NCBI GenBank assembly: GCA_027451365.1
Contig: DAIDJN010000042.1
Location: forward strand, 15,866-79,865
Reading direction: 5' to 3'
DNA length: 64,000 nt
From: Phycisphaerales bacterium
GTDB lineage: Bacteria > Planctomycetota > Phycisphaerae > WQYP01
Shown here: one piece after another, positions 1 to 10,161 of the stretch
Layout: each line of letters begins with the position of its first letter
Position numbering within the stretch: the stretch's first letter is position 1
Program-made: the position numbers and the translations under genes
Notes under the pieces: model-generated
What the model was told of the DNA's origin: nothing
Seen by the model: only the letters and a program-made list of their open reading frames with translations
The model's database searches: none

Positions 1-6
1 GCCACT

Positions 7-1014
7 ATGAAATGCGTTCAGGTCACCAAAGCCAAAGGGGCGTTTGAACTTGCGGAAAAGCCCGTTCCCCAGCCGGGCCTGCGCGATGTGCGGATAAAAG
101 TTCAAGCCTGCGGCGTCTGCCACAGCGACATGTTTGTGAAAGAGGGACTGTTCCCGGGCATTCAATACCCGCGTATACCGGGCCATGAAGTTATCGGCAC
201 AGTGGACGCCGTGGGGCCGCAGGTGAAAAATTTTACCGTTGGCCAGCGTGTCGGGCTGGGCTGGCACGGCGGGCAGTGTTTTGTATGCGATTCCTGCCGG
301 CACGGAGATTTTATTACCTGTGCCAACGAATTGATTACTGGAATTTCCTACGACGGCGGCTATGCGGAATATCTGATTGCGCCCCAGGAAGCGCTGGCTG
401 TCGTACCTGACGCATTGGATGCCGCCGATGCGGCACCCCTGATGTGCGCCGGCGTGACGACATACAACGCATTGCGGCACAGCGGCGCGATAGCCGGAGA
501 CCTGGTTGCCGTTCAGGGACTCGGCGGCCTGGGGCACCTTGGCGTGCAGTTCGCCCGCGCCATGGGTTTTCATACGGTGGCCGTTTCCGGCGGAGAGTCC
601 AAACGAGATCTGGCCGCCAAACTTGGCGCGCACGTCTATATTGATGCGTCGGCCCAATCGCCGGCACGGGAACTTAAGTCAATGGGCGGTGCCAAGGTGA
701 TTCTGGCCACCGCGCCCAACGCAAAATCGATTCAACCTCTCATTGAGGGGCTGGGTGTCGGCGGCAAGCTGTTGATTGTGGGGGCCGATGCACAGCCGAT
801 CCTGGTTTCCCCGCTGCAACTGATAGGCCAGCGGAAGTCGATTATGGGCTGGCCGTCCGGCGATGGCATGGATTCGCAGGAAACACTGGAATTTGCGGCG
901 TTAGCCAATATCCGGCCAATGGTGGAACGTTTCCCGCTGGCGCGCGCCGCTGAAGCGTATGACCATATGATGAGCGGCAAAGTCCGCTTTCGCGCTGTTC
1001 TGACCGTGGATTGA
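7..1014 (+). CDS. Zn-dependent alcohol dehydrogenase (MDR family, AdhP-like)
   Basis: CGVCHSD and PGHE catalytic Zn motifs; CxxCxxCx7C structural Zn site; GLGGLG Rossmann motif. Confidence 0.93.
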   Translation: MKCVQVTKAKGAFELAEKPVPQPGLRDVRIKVQACGVCHSDMFVKEGLFPGIQYPRIPGHEVIGTVDAVGPQVKNFTVGQRVGLGWHGGQCFVCDSCRHGDFITCANELITGISYDGGYAEYLIAPQEALAVVPDALDAADAAPLMCAGVTTYNALRHSGAIAGDLVAVQGLGGLGHLGVQFARAMGFHTVAVSGGESKRDLAAKLGAHVYIDASAQSPARELKSMGGAKVILATAPNAKSIQPLIEGLGVGGKLLIVGADAQPILVSPLQLIGQRKSIMGWPSGDGMDSQETLEFAALANIRPMVERFPLARAAEAYDHMMSGKVRFRAVLTVD

Positions 1015-1184
1015 GTTGCATGTATCCGCATGTATAATGCGATCCGACCGGTCAATAGTCCCGGATTGGATGCAATGCCACGGTTTGCGGCGTCCAGACC
1101 GTAATTCCGGTTCTGTGGCGCTGCGGAGCGGCTGAACCGCCAACGTGACAATGCAGGTTGTGTATTAACCCCAAAGGAGATTTT

Positions 1185-1688
1185 ATGGCCAGTATCACCT
1201 TTAAAGGAAATCCCATTCATACCAGTGGAAACCTGCCCGTCGCGGGCGGTGTAATTCCTTCATTTACCCTGACTAAAAGCGATCTGGGTGAACTGCAGTC
1301 CTCTGAATTGGCGGGCAAAGCGGTTATTCTGAATATATTTCCGAGTCTGGATACCTCGGTTTGCGCCAAGTCGGTGCGGCAGTTCAATCAGGATGCCGCC
1401 GCCCTGCCCAATGTCGCGGTACTTTGTATTTCACACGATCTTCCATTTGCCATGAATCGCTTCTGTACGGCCGAGGGGATTAAAAATGTGCAGGTTCTGT
1501 CCTGCTTCCGGCACACCGAATTTGGCGACAAACTGGGCGTCACCATCGCGGATGGACCATTGAAAGGCCTGCTGGCGCGTGCGGTGGTGGTCATCAACGC
1601 GCAGGGCAAAATTACTCATAGCGAACTTGTGCCGGAAATCGCCCAGGAGCCAAATTACGCCGCCGCGCTTGCCGCGGCGGGAAAATAA
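1185..1688 (+). CDS. tpx: Thiol peroxidase (atypical 2-Cys peroxiredoxin)
   Basis: FPSLDTSVC peroxidatic motif; DLPFAMNRFC; ELVPEIAQEPNY; AAGGAG RBS before ATG 1185. Confidence 0.95.
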   Translation: MASITFKGNPIHTSGNLPVAGGVIPSFTLTKSDLGELQSSELAGKAVILNIFPSLDTSVCAKSVRQFNQDAAALPNVAVLCISHDLPFAMNRFCTAEGIKNVQVLSCFRHTEFGDKLGVTIADGPLKGLLARAVVVINAQGKITHSELVPEIAQEPNYAAALAAAGK

Positions 1689-1821
1689 CGGTTCCACGCC
1701 TGGAATATCGTCCTTATCGTGACAGTTGATGCAGGTGCCACCGACAGGCGGCGGGTGCCGTCGGCGGACTCATTTGCCGTTTATTTTTCCATTCACCGGT
1801 ACAATGTTGCGGGTTGATTGA

Positions 1822-3468
1822 ATGCCGACGTTCATCCAACCTGGAATCGCCAAAAGTCATTCGGCCGGATGGAGGTCGCGTATGCCCCGTCATTTTAATT
1901 TGGCCAGAACTGCGATCGCTCTCTTGGCGGTGATTATTGCTTCAATCGCAGGTCGGGCGGCTGGCGCAATTGTCATGTCCCATCTGTTCACCGACCATTG
2001 CGTGTTGCAGCGGAATACCGAAACACCGGTATGGGGATGGGCCGCACCGGGCAAACGAATCAGGGTGCGGTTTGCCGGGCAGTGCGTTTCGGCCACCGCC
2101 GACCGCCATGGAAAATGGGTGGTTCGCCTTGCGCCACTTCATACCGATGCCATCGGCCGCCGGATGGTTATTTCCGGCGATGGTAAAAAAGTGATCCGCG
2201 ATATTCTTGTGGGCGATGTGTGGCTTTGTTCCGGCCAATCCAATATGCAGTTCCCGCTGGATGGCCACTGGGCGCGTGCACTGCATGCCCGGAAGGAAGT
2301 TGCCGCCGCCAGTTATCCCATGATTCGCCTGCTTAAAGTGCCGCGAACCAATACACCCGGACCACAGCGGGATATAAAGGCATCCTGGATGGTCTGTTCT
2401 CCGGCTACTGCGAAAGATTTCAGCGCGGTGGCTTATTTTTTCGGTCGCGACCTGTTCCAACGGCTGCATGTTCCGATGGGGCTGATTGATTCCTCGTATG
2501 GCGGAACGGTGATTCAGTCTTGGACGCCGATGTCCGCGTTGCGCCGGACGCCCGCGCTGCGTGGCGATGTGGAGTGGTTTAAGGTCGCTGCCCGCCGATA
2601 TAAATTGCAATTGGTCCATTACCGGAATGTGATCAAGGCCTGGGAGGCTGCGGCACGGCGGGCTCGCGCCAACGGACAATCCGCCCCGGCGCGGCCAGGG
2701 ATTCACCGGCCGCAGAATCCGTTTACCCTAAGCCGCCCTTCACCGGACATGGCACCCGTTTCCATTTACAACTCCATGATTCATCCACTGATTCCATTTG
2801 CGATGCGCGGCATTGTATGGTGTCAGGGTGAAAACAACGCCTGGGTGAATGACCTGCTTTATGGCATTCGCCTGAAGGCCATGATCAAGGGCTGGCGACG
2901 GAACTGGGCGGCACCACAATTGCCTTTTCTGATTGTGCAGATCGCGCCCTATTTTCATTACCCCCAGCCTGCCATTGGCGTGCCCGTGGTCTGGCAGGGC
3001 GAGGAACAGGCGGTTAAAACGCTTCCGGATGTCGGCATGGTCGGAACCATGGACATTGGCGATCTGCACAATATTCACTTTCGCAACAAGCAGGCCGTCG
3101 GCCGACGGCTGGCCGCCCTGGCGCGGGCGATGGTTTATCAGCATGCGCCGCTGCGAACGCTTGGCCCGATGTACTCATCCATGCGTGTGGAGGCAAACAA
3201 AATTGTGATCCATTTCTCCGATGCCTCGGCCGGTCTGGCCAGTCGCAACGGCAAGCCGTTGGACTGGTTTGAAATTGCCGGCGAAGACCGCAAATTTGTG
3301 CCGGCCGACGCGAGAATCCAGGGCGGACAGGTGGTGGTGTGGGCGACGGCGGTTCGGCATCCCATGGCGGTTCGCTTCGGCTGGAGCTGCATGGCGCAGC
3401 CCAACCTGATGGATAAAACCGGGCTGCCTGTTTTGCCATTCCGCACCGATAACTGGCCATTGAAATAA
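1822..3468 (+). CDS. Secreted sialate O-acetylesterase family (SGNH/SASA) protein
   Basis: VGDVWLCSGQSNM, CQGENNA, DLHNIH motifs; signal-peptide-like N-terminus; start may be 1882. Confidence 0.88.
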   Translation: MPTFIQPGIAKSHSAGWRSRMPRHFNLARTAIALLAVIIASIAGRAAGAIVMSHLFTDHCVLQRNTETPVWGWAAPGKRIRVRFAGQCVSATADRHGKWVVRLAPLHTDAIGRRMVISGDGKKVIRDILVGDVWLCSGQSNMQFPLDGHWARALHARKEVAAASYPMIRLLKVPRTNTPGPQRDIKASWMVCSPATAKDFSAVAYFFGRDLFQRLHVPMGLIDSSYGGTVIQSWTPMSALRRTPALRGDVEWFKVAARRYKLQLVHYRNVIKAWEAAARRARANGQSAPARPGIHRPQNPFTLSRPSPDMAPVSIYNSMIHPLIPFAMRGIVWCQGENNAWVNDLLYGIRLKAMIKGWRRNWAAPQLPFLIVQIAPYFHYPQPAIGVPVVWQGEEQAVKTLPDVGMVGTMDIGDLHNIHFRNKQAVGRRLAALARAMVYQHAPLRTLGPMYSSMRVEANKIVIHFSDASAGLASRNGKPLDWFEIAGEDRKFVPADARIQGGQVVVWATAVRHPMAVRFGWSCMAQPNLMDKTGLPVLPFRTDNWPLK

Positions 3469-3664
3469 CTGCCCGGTTCGTGTGCGGGTGACAGTGTCCA
3501 GATTCCCATGCCGATGGGCAGGCCGACCTTCCGGTTCTTGGGCGGCACCAGTCCGCTGCGGATAACGCCTCACACCATGGCCAGCGTAGCCGGGAATGCT
3601 ATACTCTGTCACGAGCGTAAAACGGCGCGGCAATGGATGCTCGCGTCATTCAGCGGAGATGTGC

Positions 3665-4747
3665 ATGGCGACAGATGCTACCAGAATATTGACAGTTGCG
3701 GATTTAGCCGCGCATGTCGGGGGTGTGGTACTGGGTGATGGCCAGAGGCCCATCCGCGGATGCCGCAGTTTGAATCTGGCCGGCCAGACCGATGCGAGTT
3801 TCCTGTCCAACATGAAATACACGGCGCAGCTGGCCACCACTATGGCCGGTTGTGTGATCGTGGGAAAGGACACCAAACCCGCGGACTTCGACCGTGGCAC
3901 ACTGCCACCGCTGACCTTCATTCAAACCGCTGATCCTTATTACAGCTTTCGGGAAATCGTGGTTTTGCTGCATGGTTTTCGTGTGCATCCGTCTATGGCG
4001 GTGTCACCGCTGGCGGTGGTGGCTAAATCCGCCAGAATCGGCGCGAATTGCCAGATACATCCTTTCGCGTCCATCGGAGAGAACGCGGTTTTAGGTGCTG
4101 GCTGTGTGGTCTACCCTGGCGCGGTGCTGATGGCCCGTACGACATTGGGCGACAACTGCATCGTGTACCCGAATGCGACTGTTTACGACGATTGCGTGCT
4201 GGGTAACCGCTGCATTCTGCAATCAGGCGCGGTGGTCGGGTCCGATGGATACGGATTTGCCACCCACCACGGCGTGCATCATAAAATTCCGCAAATTGGC
4301 AATGTCCTGCTGGAAGATGATGTAGAAGTGGGCGCCAATACCGTCATTGAACGGGCCGCAATGGAAAGCACGGTTATAGCAAAAGGAACGAAACTGGGAA
4401 ATTCGGTGGTCATTGGCCACAACTGCCAGATTGGTGAGCATAATCTGCTGGTAAGCCAGGTCGGTATTGCCGGCAGCACACAAACGGGGCATCATGTGGT
4501 GTTGGCCGGGCAGGTTGGAGTTGCCGGGCATTTGCATATTGGAAATCTGGTGCGCGCCGCAGCGCAGGCGGGAATCGCCGCCGATATTCCGGACGCACAG
4601 GATGTCGGCGGCACACCGGCGGTTGAAATGAAACAGGCTAAACGGGTGTATCTGCAACTTTATCAATTGCCGGACCTCGCCAAGCGGATTCGGGACTTGG
4701 AACGGACCGTGGCCAGCCTGAAAAAGCCTTCGCCCGATGAGGCGTAA
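3665..4747 (+). CDS. lpxD: UDP-3-O-(3-hydroxyacyl)glucosamine N-acyltransferase
   Basis: Hexapeptide repeats; GSDGYGF, KIPQIGNV, GANTVIER, SQVGIAGS, GQVGVAGHL. Confidence 0.95.
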   Translation: MATDATRILTVADLAAHVGGVVLGDGQRPIRGCRSLNLAGQTDASFLSNMKYTAQLATTMAGCVIVGKDTKPADFDRGTLPPLTFIQTADPYYSFREIVVLLHGFRVHPSMAVSPLAVVAKSARIGANCQIHPFASIGENAVLGAGCVVYPGAVLMARTTLGDNCIVYPNATVYDDCVLGNRCILQSGAVVGSDGYGFATHHGVHHKIPQIGNVLLEDDVEVGANTVIERAAMESTVIAKGTKLGNSVVIGHNCQIGEHNLLVSQVGIAGSTQTGHHVVLAGQVGVAGHLHIGNLVRAAAQAGIAADIPDAQDVGGTPAVEMKQAKRVYLQLYQLPDLAKRIRDLERTVASLKKPSPDEA

Positions 4748-4869
4748 CCTCTGCCCGGACGCTTCGCATAATATGACGCAATCCGTTATTATTCTGCCGC
4801 TGAACAGCGCGGATTCAGGCCGTCCAAGCACGGTTTGCGCTTACGCCGCGCGATAAACAGGAAGCAGCC

Positions 4870-5943
4870 ATGGGTCTGGTACGTGACAATATTCTTGCTA
4901 TGACCGGCTATGTGCCCGGTGAACAGCCACTGGATACGCAGGTTATTAAACTTAACACCAATGAAAATCCTTTTCCGCCTTCGCCGCGCGCAATGGAGGC
5001 GATCGCGGAGGTTACGCCCGAACAGTTGCGGCGCTATCCAAGTCCGGACGCGATGGCCTTCCGGCAGGCGGCGGCGCGGGTACACGGCATTTCACCGGAT
5101 ATGATTCTGGCCACCAACGGCGGCGACGAACTTCTGGCCATGGTATTTCGGGCCTGCGTGGGGGAAGGGCAGAATGTGGCCTGGCTTGACCCAAGCTATT
5201 CCCTTTACCCGGTGCTGGCGCGGATGCAGGCTGCCCGGCAGATCGTTCTGCCCTATAATATTTCCGGCACCAGGTGGGAACTGCCGGATGCCATATTCGG
5301 ACTGGACGCGAAATTGCTTCTGATTGTGAATCCCAACGCTCCATCCGGAACATTTATAGATATGGATACACTTTCACGAATTATTTCGGGCTTTTCCGGA
5401 CTGGTTCTGGTGGACGAAGCGTACGTGAATTTTGCGCCGCACAGCGCCTTGCAGTTGGTGGGCAAATTTCCGAATCTGGTGCTTTTGCGGTCTATGTCCA
5501 AGGGGTATTGCCTGGCAGGCTTGCGTTTCGGCTATGCCATCGGACAGCCGGATATTCTGCAACAATTGCACAAGGTACGCGACAGTTACCCGTGCGACGC
5601 CTTGGCCATCGCCGCGGCCACCGCCGCCATTGAAGACCAAGCCTACGCCCGCGGCACCTGGGAACGCGTGAAAACCGAAAGGCAGTGGCTGACATCGCAG
5701 CTTGCGGCCATCGGCTATACCATGCCCGAAAGTCATGCGAATTTTGTGCTGGCGCGCGTGCCCGTCGGTACAGATGCCCGCGGGATTTATGAACAGCTTA
5801 AGGCGCGGAATATTCTGGTGCGTTATTTTGCGCTTCCCCGTCTTACGGATAAACTGCGTATCACGATCGGTTCACCGGACCAGAACCGGGCACTCGTGGC
5901 GGCATTGCAGCCGATACCGGCACCGCCGGCGACGAACCACTGA
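4870..5943 (+). CDS. hisC: Histidinol-phosphate aminotransferase
   Basis: KLNTNENP, NGGDE, NPNAPSG, VDEAY, RSMSKGYCLAGLRFGY PLP motif; adjacent to hisB. Confidence 0.94.
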   Translation: MGLVRDNILAMTGYVPGEQPLDTQVIKLNTNENPFPPSPRAMEAIAEVTPEQLRRYPSPDAMAFRQAAARVHGISPDMILATNGGDELLAMVFRACVGEGQNVAWLDPSYSLYPVLARMQAARQIVLPYNISGTRWELPDAIFGLDAKLLLIVNPNAPSGTFIDMDTLSRIISGFSGLVLVDEAYVNFAPHSALQLVGKFPNLVLLRSMSKGYCLAGLRFGYAIGQPDILQQLHKVRDSYPCDALAIAAATAAIEDQAYARGTWERVKTERQWLTSQLAAIGYTMPESHANFVLARVPVGTDARGIYEQLKARNILVRYFALPRLTDKLRITIGSPDQNRALVAALQPIPAPPATNH

Positions 5944-6043
5944 ATCTGTCCCTGAACGCGGGATCAATGACGGGAACCGCATGCCTGCGGAAAATTCAAA
6001 GGCGGCGGATGAACTTAACCAGACCGGCAATGCGGAGCAGAAT

Positions 6044-6664
6044 ATGACGACCCAATCTTCAAACCAACCACCCGTCCAACAGCGGCAGACGAAGGTGACG
6101 CGAAAAACCAAAGAAACAGATATTTCCATGGAATTGAACCTCGATGGCGCCGGCCGCGCGGATATTCAGACCGGCGTCGGTTTTTTTGACCACATGCTGG
6201 ACCACTTTGCCCGCCACAGCATGTGCGACCTGACGATTTCCGCCAAAGGCGATCTGCATATCGACGCCCACCACACAGTAGAAGATGTCTCCCTGGTATT
6301 GGGCACCGCCCTTCGGGAGGCGCTGGGCGACAAACGCGGCATTAACCGCTACGGCTGGGCCAGCGTACCCATGGAAGATTCACTGGCCAACGTGGCGCTG
6401 GATTTTTCCGGCCGGCCCGCTTTCGTGTTCAACGTACGATTTCCAACGCCCAAAATCGGTGAATTTGATGTCGAACTGGTTCCCGAAGCACTGCGTTCAC
6501 TGGCCAATACCGCGGGAATGAATCTGCACGTCAACGTGCCATACGGTGCCAACAGCCATCACATTGCCGAAGGCATCTATAAGGCGTTGGCCAAGGCGGT
6601 GCGACAGGCGGCGGCGATTGATCCGCGCAATACCGGCATACCCAGTACCAAAGGTGTCCTGTAA
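6044..6664 (+). CDS. hisB: Imidazoleglycerol-phosphate dehydratase
   Basis: RKTKETDI, GFFDHML, DAHHTVED, NSHHIAE, PSTKGVL; start could be 5981. Confidence 0.96.
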   Translation: MTTQSSNQPPVQQRQTKVTRKTKETDISMELNLDGAGRADIQTGVGFFDHMLDHFARHSMCDLTISAKGDLHIDAHHTVEDVSLVLGTALREALGDKRGINRYGWASVPMEDSLANVALDFSGRPAFVFNVRFPTPKIGEFDVELVPEALRSLANTAGMNLHVNVPYGANSHHIAEGIYKALAKAVRQAAAIDPRNTGIPSTKGVL

Positions 6665-6758
6665 TAACCGTGCGGTCGGCCCAGTTGGCGGGAACCGTGG
6701 GGCAATCCCACCGCCTGACCGCCCCAGCCGGACGCTTCTGCGAACGCACTTTAATTGC

Positions 6759-8105
6759 TCACGCCGTCTGTGTAACCGACGCATTGGTGGCGGGCGATTC
6801 AATCGTTGTCGTTACCGCCTTTGGCCGCAGAACCGCCAGCAGCGCCAGGCACCCGGCACCCAGCACTGCGAACGCCAACATGCCATGGGCATAGGCCGCC
6901 GCTTTTTCCGCCTTGCTCTGCGAACGCACAATTTCACCCCAGATAGGTGGCAAAACAAATCCGCCCAAGGCCCCCAGTCCCCCCACGCAGCCGGCTGCGC
7001 CGCTAACGGCTTCGGGAATTATATTCGGCAATAATTTGAATACCGCGGCATTATTCAGTCCCATACCCAGCATGATCAATGATATGCCTGCGAAACTGTT
7101 CTGAAATGACAGAGAACAGCCTGCCACCAGCGCTCCCAAGACAATCAGGGACAAAGCCACCAGTCCTACCACGCGGCCACCCGATTTATCCGCCCACGTT
7201 CCGCCAAAAACGCGGACAAGCGAAGAAGCCAGACTAAGGCCACCGGCAATTCGCGCGGCGGTGGGAATTGGCTTTCCGAAAGCGGCATGCCAGTAATTTG
7301 GCAGCCAGACGGTCAGGGCCAGGAAGCCGCCAAAGCTTGTGAAATACAGCATGACCAATCCCCATGTTTCCCAGCGCGCTGCCGCCAATTGAAGCGATCT
7401 GACCGCCTTTCCAGTGGGCAGCAATTCTGCGCCGTGCTCCTGTGCGATGGTCGCGGACTGTTGCTCCGTCCGTCCAGCTTTGCGCAATTGGAAATACCAG
7501 GCGTTTCTGGCCAGTATTGCATACATGCCAGTTCCCGCTATCAGCATTGCCAGCCAGATCAGATACACTGTGCCCAGCGCAAAATGGGCGAGTGCCAGCG
7601 GCATTAACAGAACAAACAATCCCGGTGCCAGATTTCCAAAACCGGCATACGCCCCCAGCGCCCAGCCCTGCCGCTTTTTGGGAAACCAGAACGCAACCTG
7701 ACTTATGCCCGGTGAAAAAGTGGCGATTCCGCATCCACTTAATAACCCCAGAAATAGCAGCCACGGATACAACCCCGGCGTGATATGCTTCGGGTAATAC
7801 GCATGGGCGGTAAGAAAGACACCCAGCACACCCAAAATAGCCAGCCCCAGCAAAATTAAAATCGGCTTACGGCCGCCATTGCGATCCACCCATGCGGAAA
7901 AGGGAATACGCAGGAAAGACCCCGACAGAAGCGGCATGGCCATTAGCAGACCAAGCGTGGCGGCATTCAGGTGCATGGGGCCTTTGAATTTAAGCGCTGT
8001 GACGTTGAACAGACTCACAGATGCGAATCCGACAAAAAAGCCGAGGGTCGCGCCGCAAAGCGTCCGCGTGGCGGTGCCTTTAAGCATTGATACATTGATG
8101 GTCAT
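6759..8105 (-). CDS. MFS nitrate/nitrite transporter (NarK/NasA-like)
   Basis: About 12 TM segments; the two NNP-family Arg residues (FLRIP, LVRVFGG); GAYAGFGN, YFTSFGGF, GGLGALGGF signatures. Confidence 0.85.
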   Translation of the reverse strand: MTINVSMLKGTATRTLCGATLGFFVGFASVSLFNVTALKFKGPMHLNAATLGLLMAMPLLSGSFLRIPFSAWVDRNGGRKPILILLGLAILGVLGVFLTAHAYYPKHITPGLYPWLLFLGLLSGCGIATFSPGISQVAFWFPKKRQGWALGAYAGFGNLAPGLFVLLMPLALAHFALGTVYLIWLAMLIAGTGMYAILARNAWYFQLRKAGRTEQQSATIAQEHGAELLPTGKAVRSLQLAAARWETWGLVMLYFTSFGGFLALTVWLPNYWHAAFGKPIPTAARIAGGLSLASSLVRVFGGTWADKSGGRVVGLVALSLIVLGALVAGCSLSFQNSFAGISLIMLGMGLNNAAVFKLLPNIIPEAVSGAAGCVGGLGALGGFVLPPIWGEIVRSQSKAEKAAAYAHGMLAFAVLGAGCLALLAVLRPKAVTTTIESPATNASVTQTA

Positions 8106-8306
8106 GACATAACTCCATATTTTCCGGCGCTGCCGCCACAGTTGAACACCTTGCTGGCCAGGCTCTGGCTCCGAGAACGGTGCAATTGTCGTGCCGTTGG
8201 ACAGGTCGGAACCCCTTGCTTTGAATTACCCGTCGCGTTTCGGGCCTCACAATGCCCGTTTCTTAAGAAGGCGACCCAGCAGACCTCCATCCGCCCGGTC
8301 AACAGG

Positions 8307-9779
8307 CTAAAATTTCAACTGGAACTGGACTTCGCCGTAAATATCCTGGGTATTGGCAACCGAACCGACATTATTTGTCAGCGCTGCCTCATTGGGAATG
8401 TAATTGATTGCGGACTGAATTTTGGCATTTTCTCCAAACAGATAATAGTTCAAGCCAAGTGTATATTCCTCCATTTCATTGGGCAGACCATCCGTAAACA
8501 GTTGTCCCACGCGGGCCGCCATCTCCAGCTTATGCGGCAGCAGAAAACAGCCGGTCTGAACGTAGTAGCCATATTGCGCCACACTGGTGGTCGGCAGGCC
8601 GGGAATGACATCCGCGCCGCTGTTGATCTGCTGATAAAACACCGCCGGAAAAAAGGACCAGCCGCGATACTTGGAACGAAAGTCCAACGTGGCCCGGTAA
8701 ACATTTCCGTTAAGTGTGTAAGGAGAAGCCAGAAAACCGGTGGACTGGGTGGAAAGGCCGGCGATTTTAGTGGAAGACTGGCCGCCGGGGAATGCCGTTG
8801 CCGAACTGTTCTGCGATTCATATCCAAGGCCAACGCCCAAGGCCCAAACCAGCTTTTTATGCCATTGCAGGTCCGGCTCATCCAGAAAGTCGGTCGGCTT
8901 GCCGGAACCGAAAAATTGTTCACGCGTATAAAAGCCCATCCGATTGTCGCGTCCCGTTCCGGCAAGAGGAGAAGTGGAATCCACAAGGTTCTGAGAATTG
9001 CCGCCGTTGTCTATCATCAGGCTATATGTGAATTTCCCCTTGCCGATGACGCCATAGACATCGGCGCCAAGACCATAGCCGGGTAGAAAAGGCAGCGAAC
9101 TGGTGGCAAAGTCGGGAAATTCAGATCCGCCGTAATTGGCCATGGTTTTAATGGGCGCAAAGGGAACAATCATGGATCCTGCCCGCACATTCAGCCACGG
9201 GGCAAAACTGTAACCGGCCCAGGCGTCGATCAATTGAAATGTTCCGGTGGCGGCCGTGTTAAAAGAACTGGTGCTGCCGAAATTTCCACCGAATTTGAAC
9301 AGGACATGTTGAAAAAGTGTTCCACTGGCCCAAAGCATGGCGTTGGGCAGGCCGAAGCCGTTCATATCGCCGCTGTAATGCGTGCCCAGCGCGGTACCCG
9401 CGTCGCCGATGGTGTTTTCCACATGGGCATAGGTATAACGGGCCTGCAGAAGGCCATTGAATACAAGGTTGAAATCTTTGCCGCTTTTCAGATAGAAGCC
9501 TTGGTCATATCCGGCGCTGATCCGATTCATTGTCTGGCTTTGGCGGCGCGATTCGGCGAGGGTTTCATCCACAATTTTGCGGATTGCGGCGGTCTGCCGG
9601 GATTTAATCCGTACCACTTTGGCGTTCAAGGCACTGATCTGCTTTTGCAGATTCGCAAGCTGAGTCGTGACCGACTCATCTCCAGCTAAAGCTGGGCCGG
9701 CGGCACCGACGATAAGCACGGCCGCGGCTGTGGAAATAAGAAGCCCAAATGGATTCTGCCGATCGGAATTTTGAAACAT
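8307..9779 (-). CDS. Outer-membrane porin (phosphate-selective porin OprO/P-like)
   Basis: Signal peptide, N-terminal coiled coil, AGYDQGFYL motif, amphipathic beta strands, C-terminal FQLKF with terminal Phe. Confidence 0.8.
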   Translation of the reverse strand: MFQNSDRQNPFGLLISTAAAVLIVGAAGPALAGDESVTTQLANLQKQISALNAKVVRIKSRQTAAIRKIVDETLAESRRQSQTMNRISAGYDQGFYLKSGKDFNLVFNGLLQARYTYAHVENTIGDAGTALGTHYSGDMNGFGLPNAMLWASGTLFQHVLFKFGGNFGSTSSFNTAATGTFQLIDAWAGYSFAPWLNVRAGSMIVPFAPIKTMANYGGSEFPDFATSSLPFLPGYGLGADVYGVIGKGKFTYSLMIDNGGNSQNLVDSTSPLAGTGRDNRMGFYTREQFFGSGKPTDFLDEPDLQWHKKLVWALGVGLGYESQNSSATAFPGGQSSTKIAGLSTQSTGFLASPYTLNGNVYRATLDFRSKYRGWSFFPAVFYQQINSGADVIPGLPTTSVAQYGYYVQTGCFLLPHKLEMAARVGQLFTDGLPNEMEEYTLGLNYYLFGENAKIQSAINYIPNEAALTNNVGSVANTQDIYGEVQFQLKF

Positions 9780-9839
9780 CGCACACATCCTTCCCGTGGC
9801 CGGTGGCCTGGCCACCGGCAAATCCTCGCTTTTTGGATC

Positions 9840-9855
9840 GGCAAACCAATTGCCG
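9840..9855 (-). promoter_or_regulatory. Putative sigma-54 (-24/-12) promoter for the porin-NarK unit
   Basis: Minus strand CGGCAATTGGTTTGCC matches GG-N10-GC (TGGCAC-N5-TTGC), about 60 nt upstream of ATG 9779. Confidence 0.55.
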
Positions 9856-10161
9856 CATCGCACCAGTGAATAACATTTCCAACCGCCGCCGATATTCTGA
9901 TGGCATTTAATGTATGAAGCAAATTCATATAATAGATTTATATTATTAGTTTATATCATGTATAATGAACAGGATTCGGGCAGTCTTAGCGGGTTGAACC
10001 GCGGCTTGCACAGTTGATAACCGCTTGGGCCGCGTTCGGGGTACCGGCTTTCCGGTTAAGCCAATTTTCGGAACAATATTGACATTTTTAAGGCAGCCTA
10101 TTAGCGTAACGGGTCCGGCCTTTGAATGTGAAGAATTGTTTTCAATTTTGGAGTTGGATTC

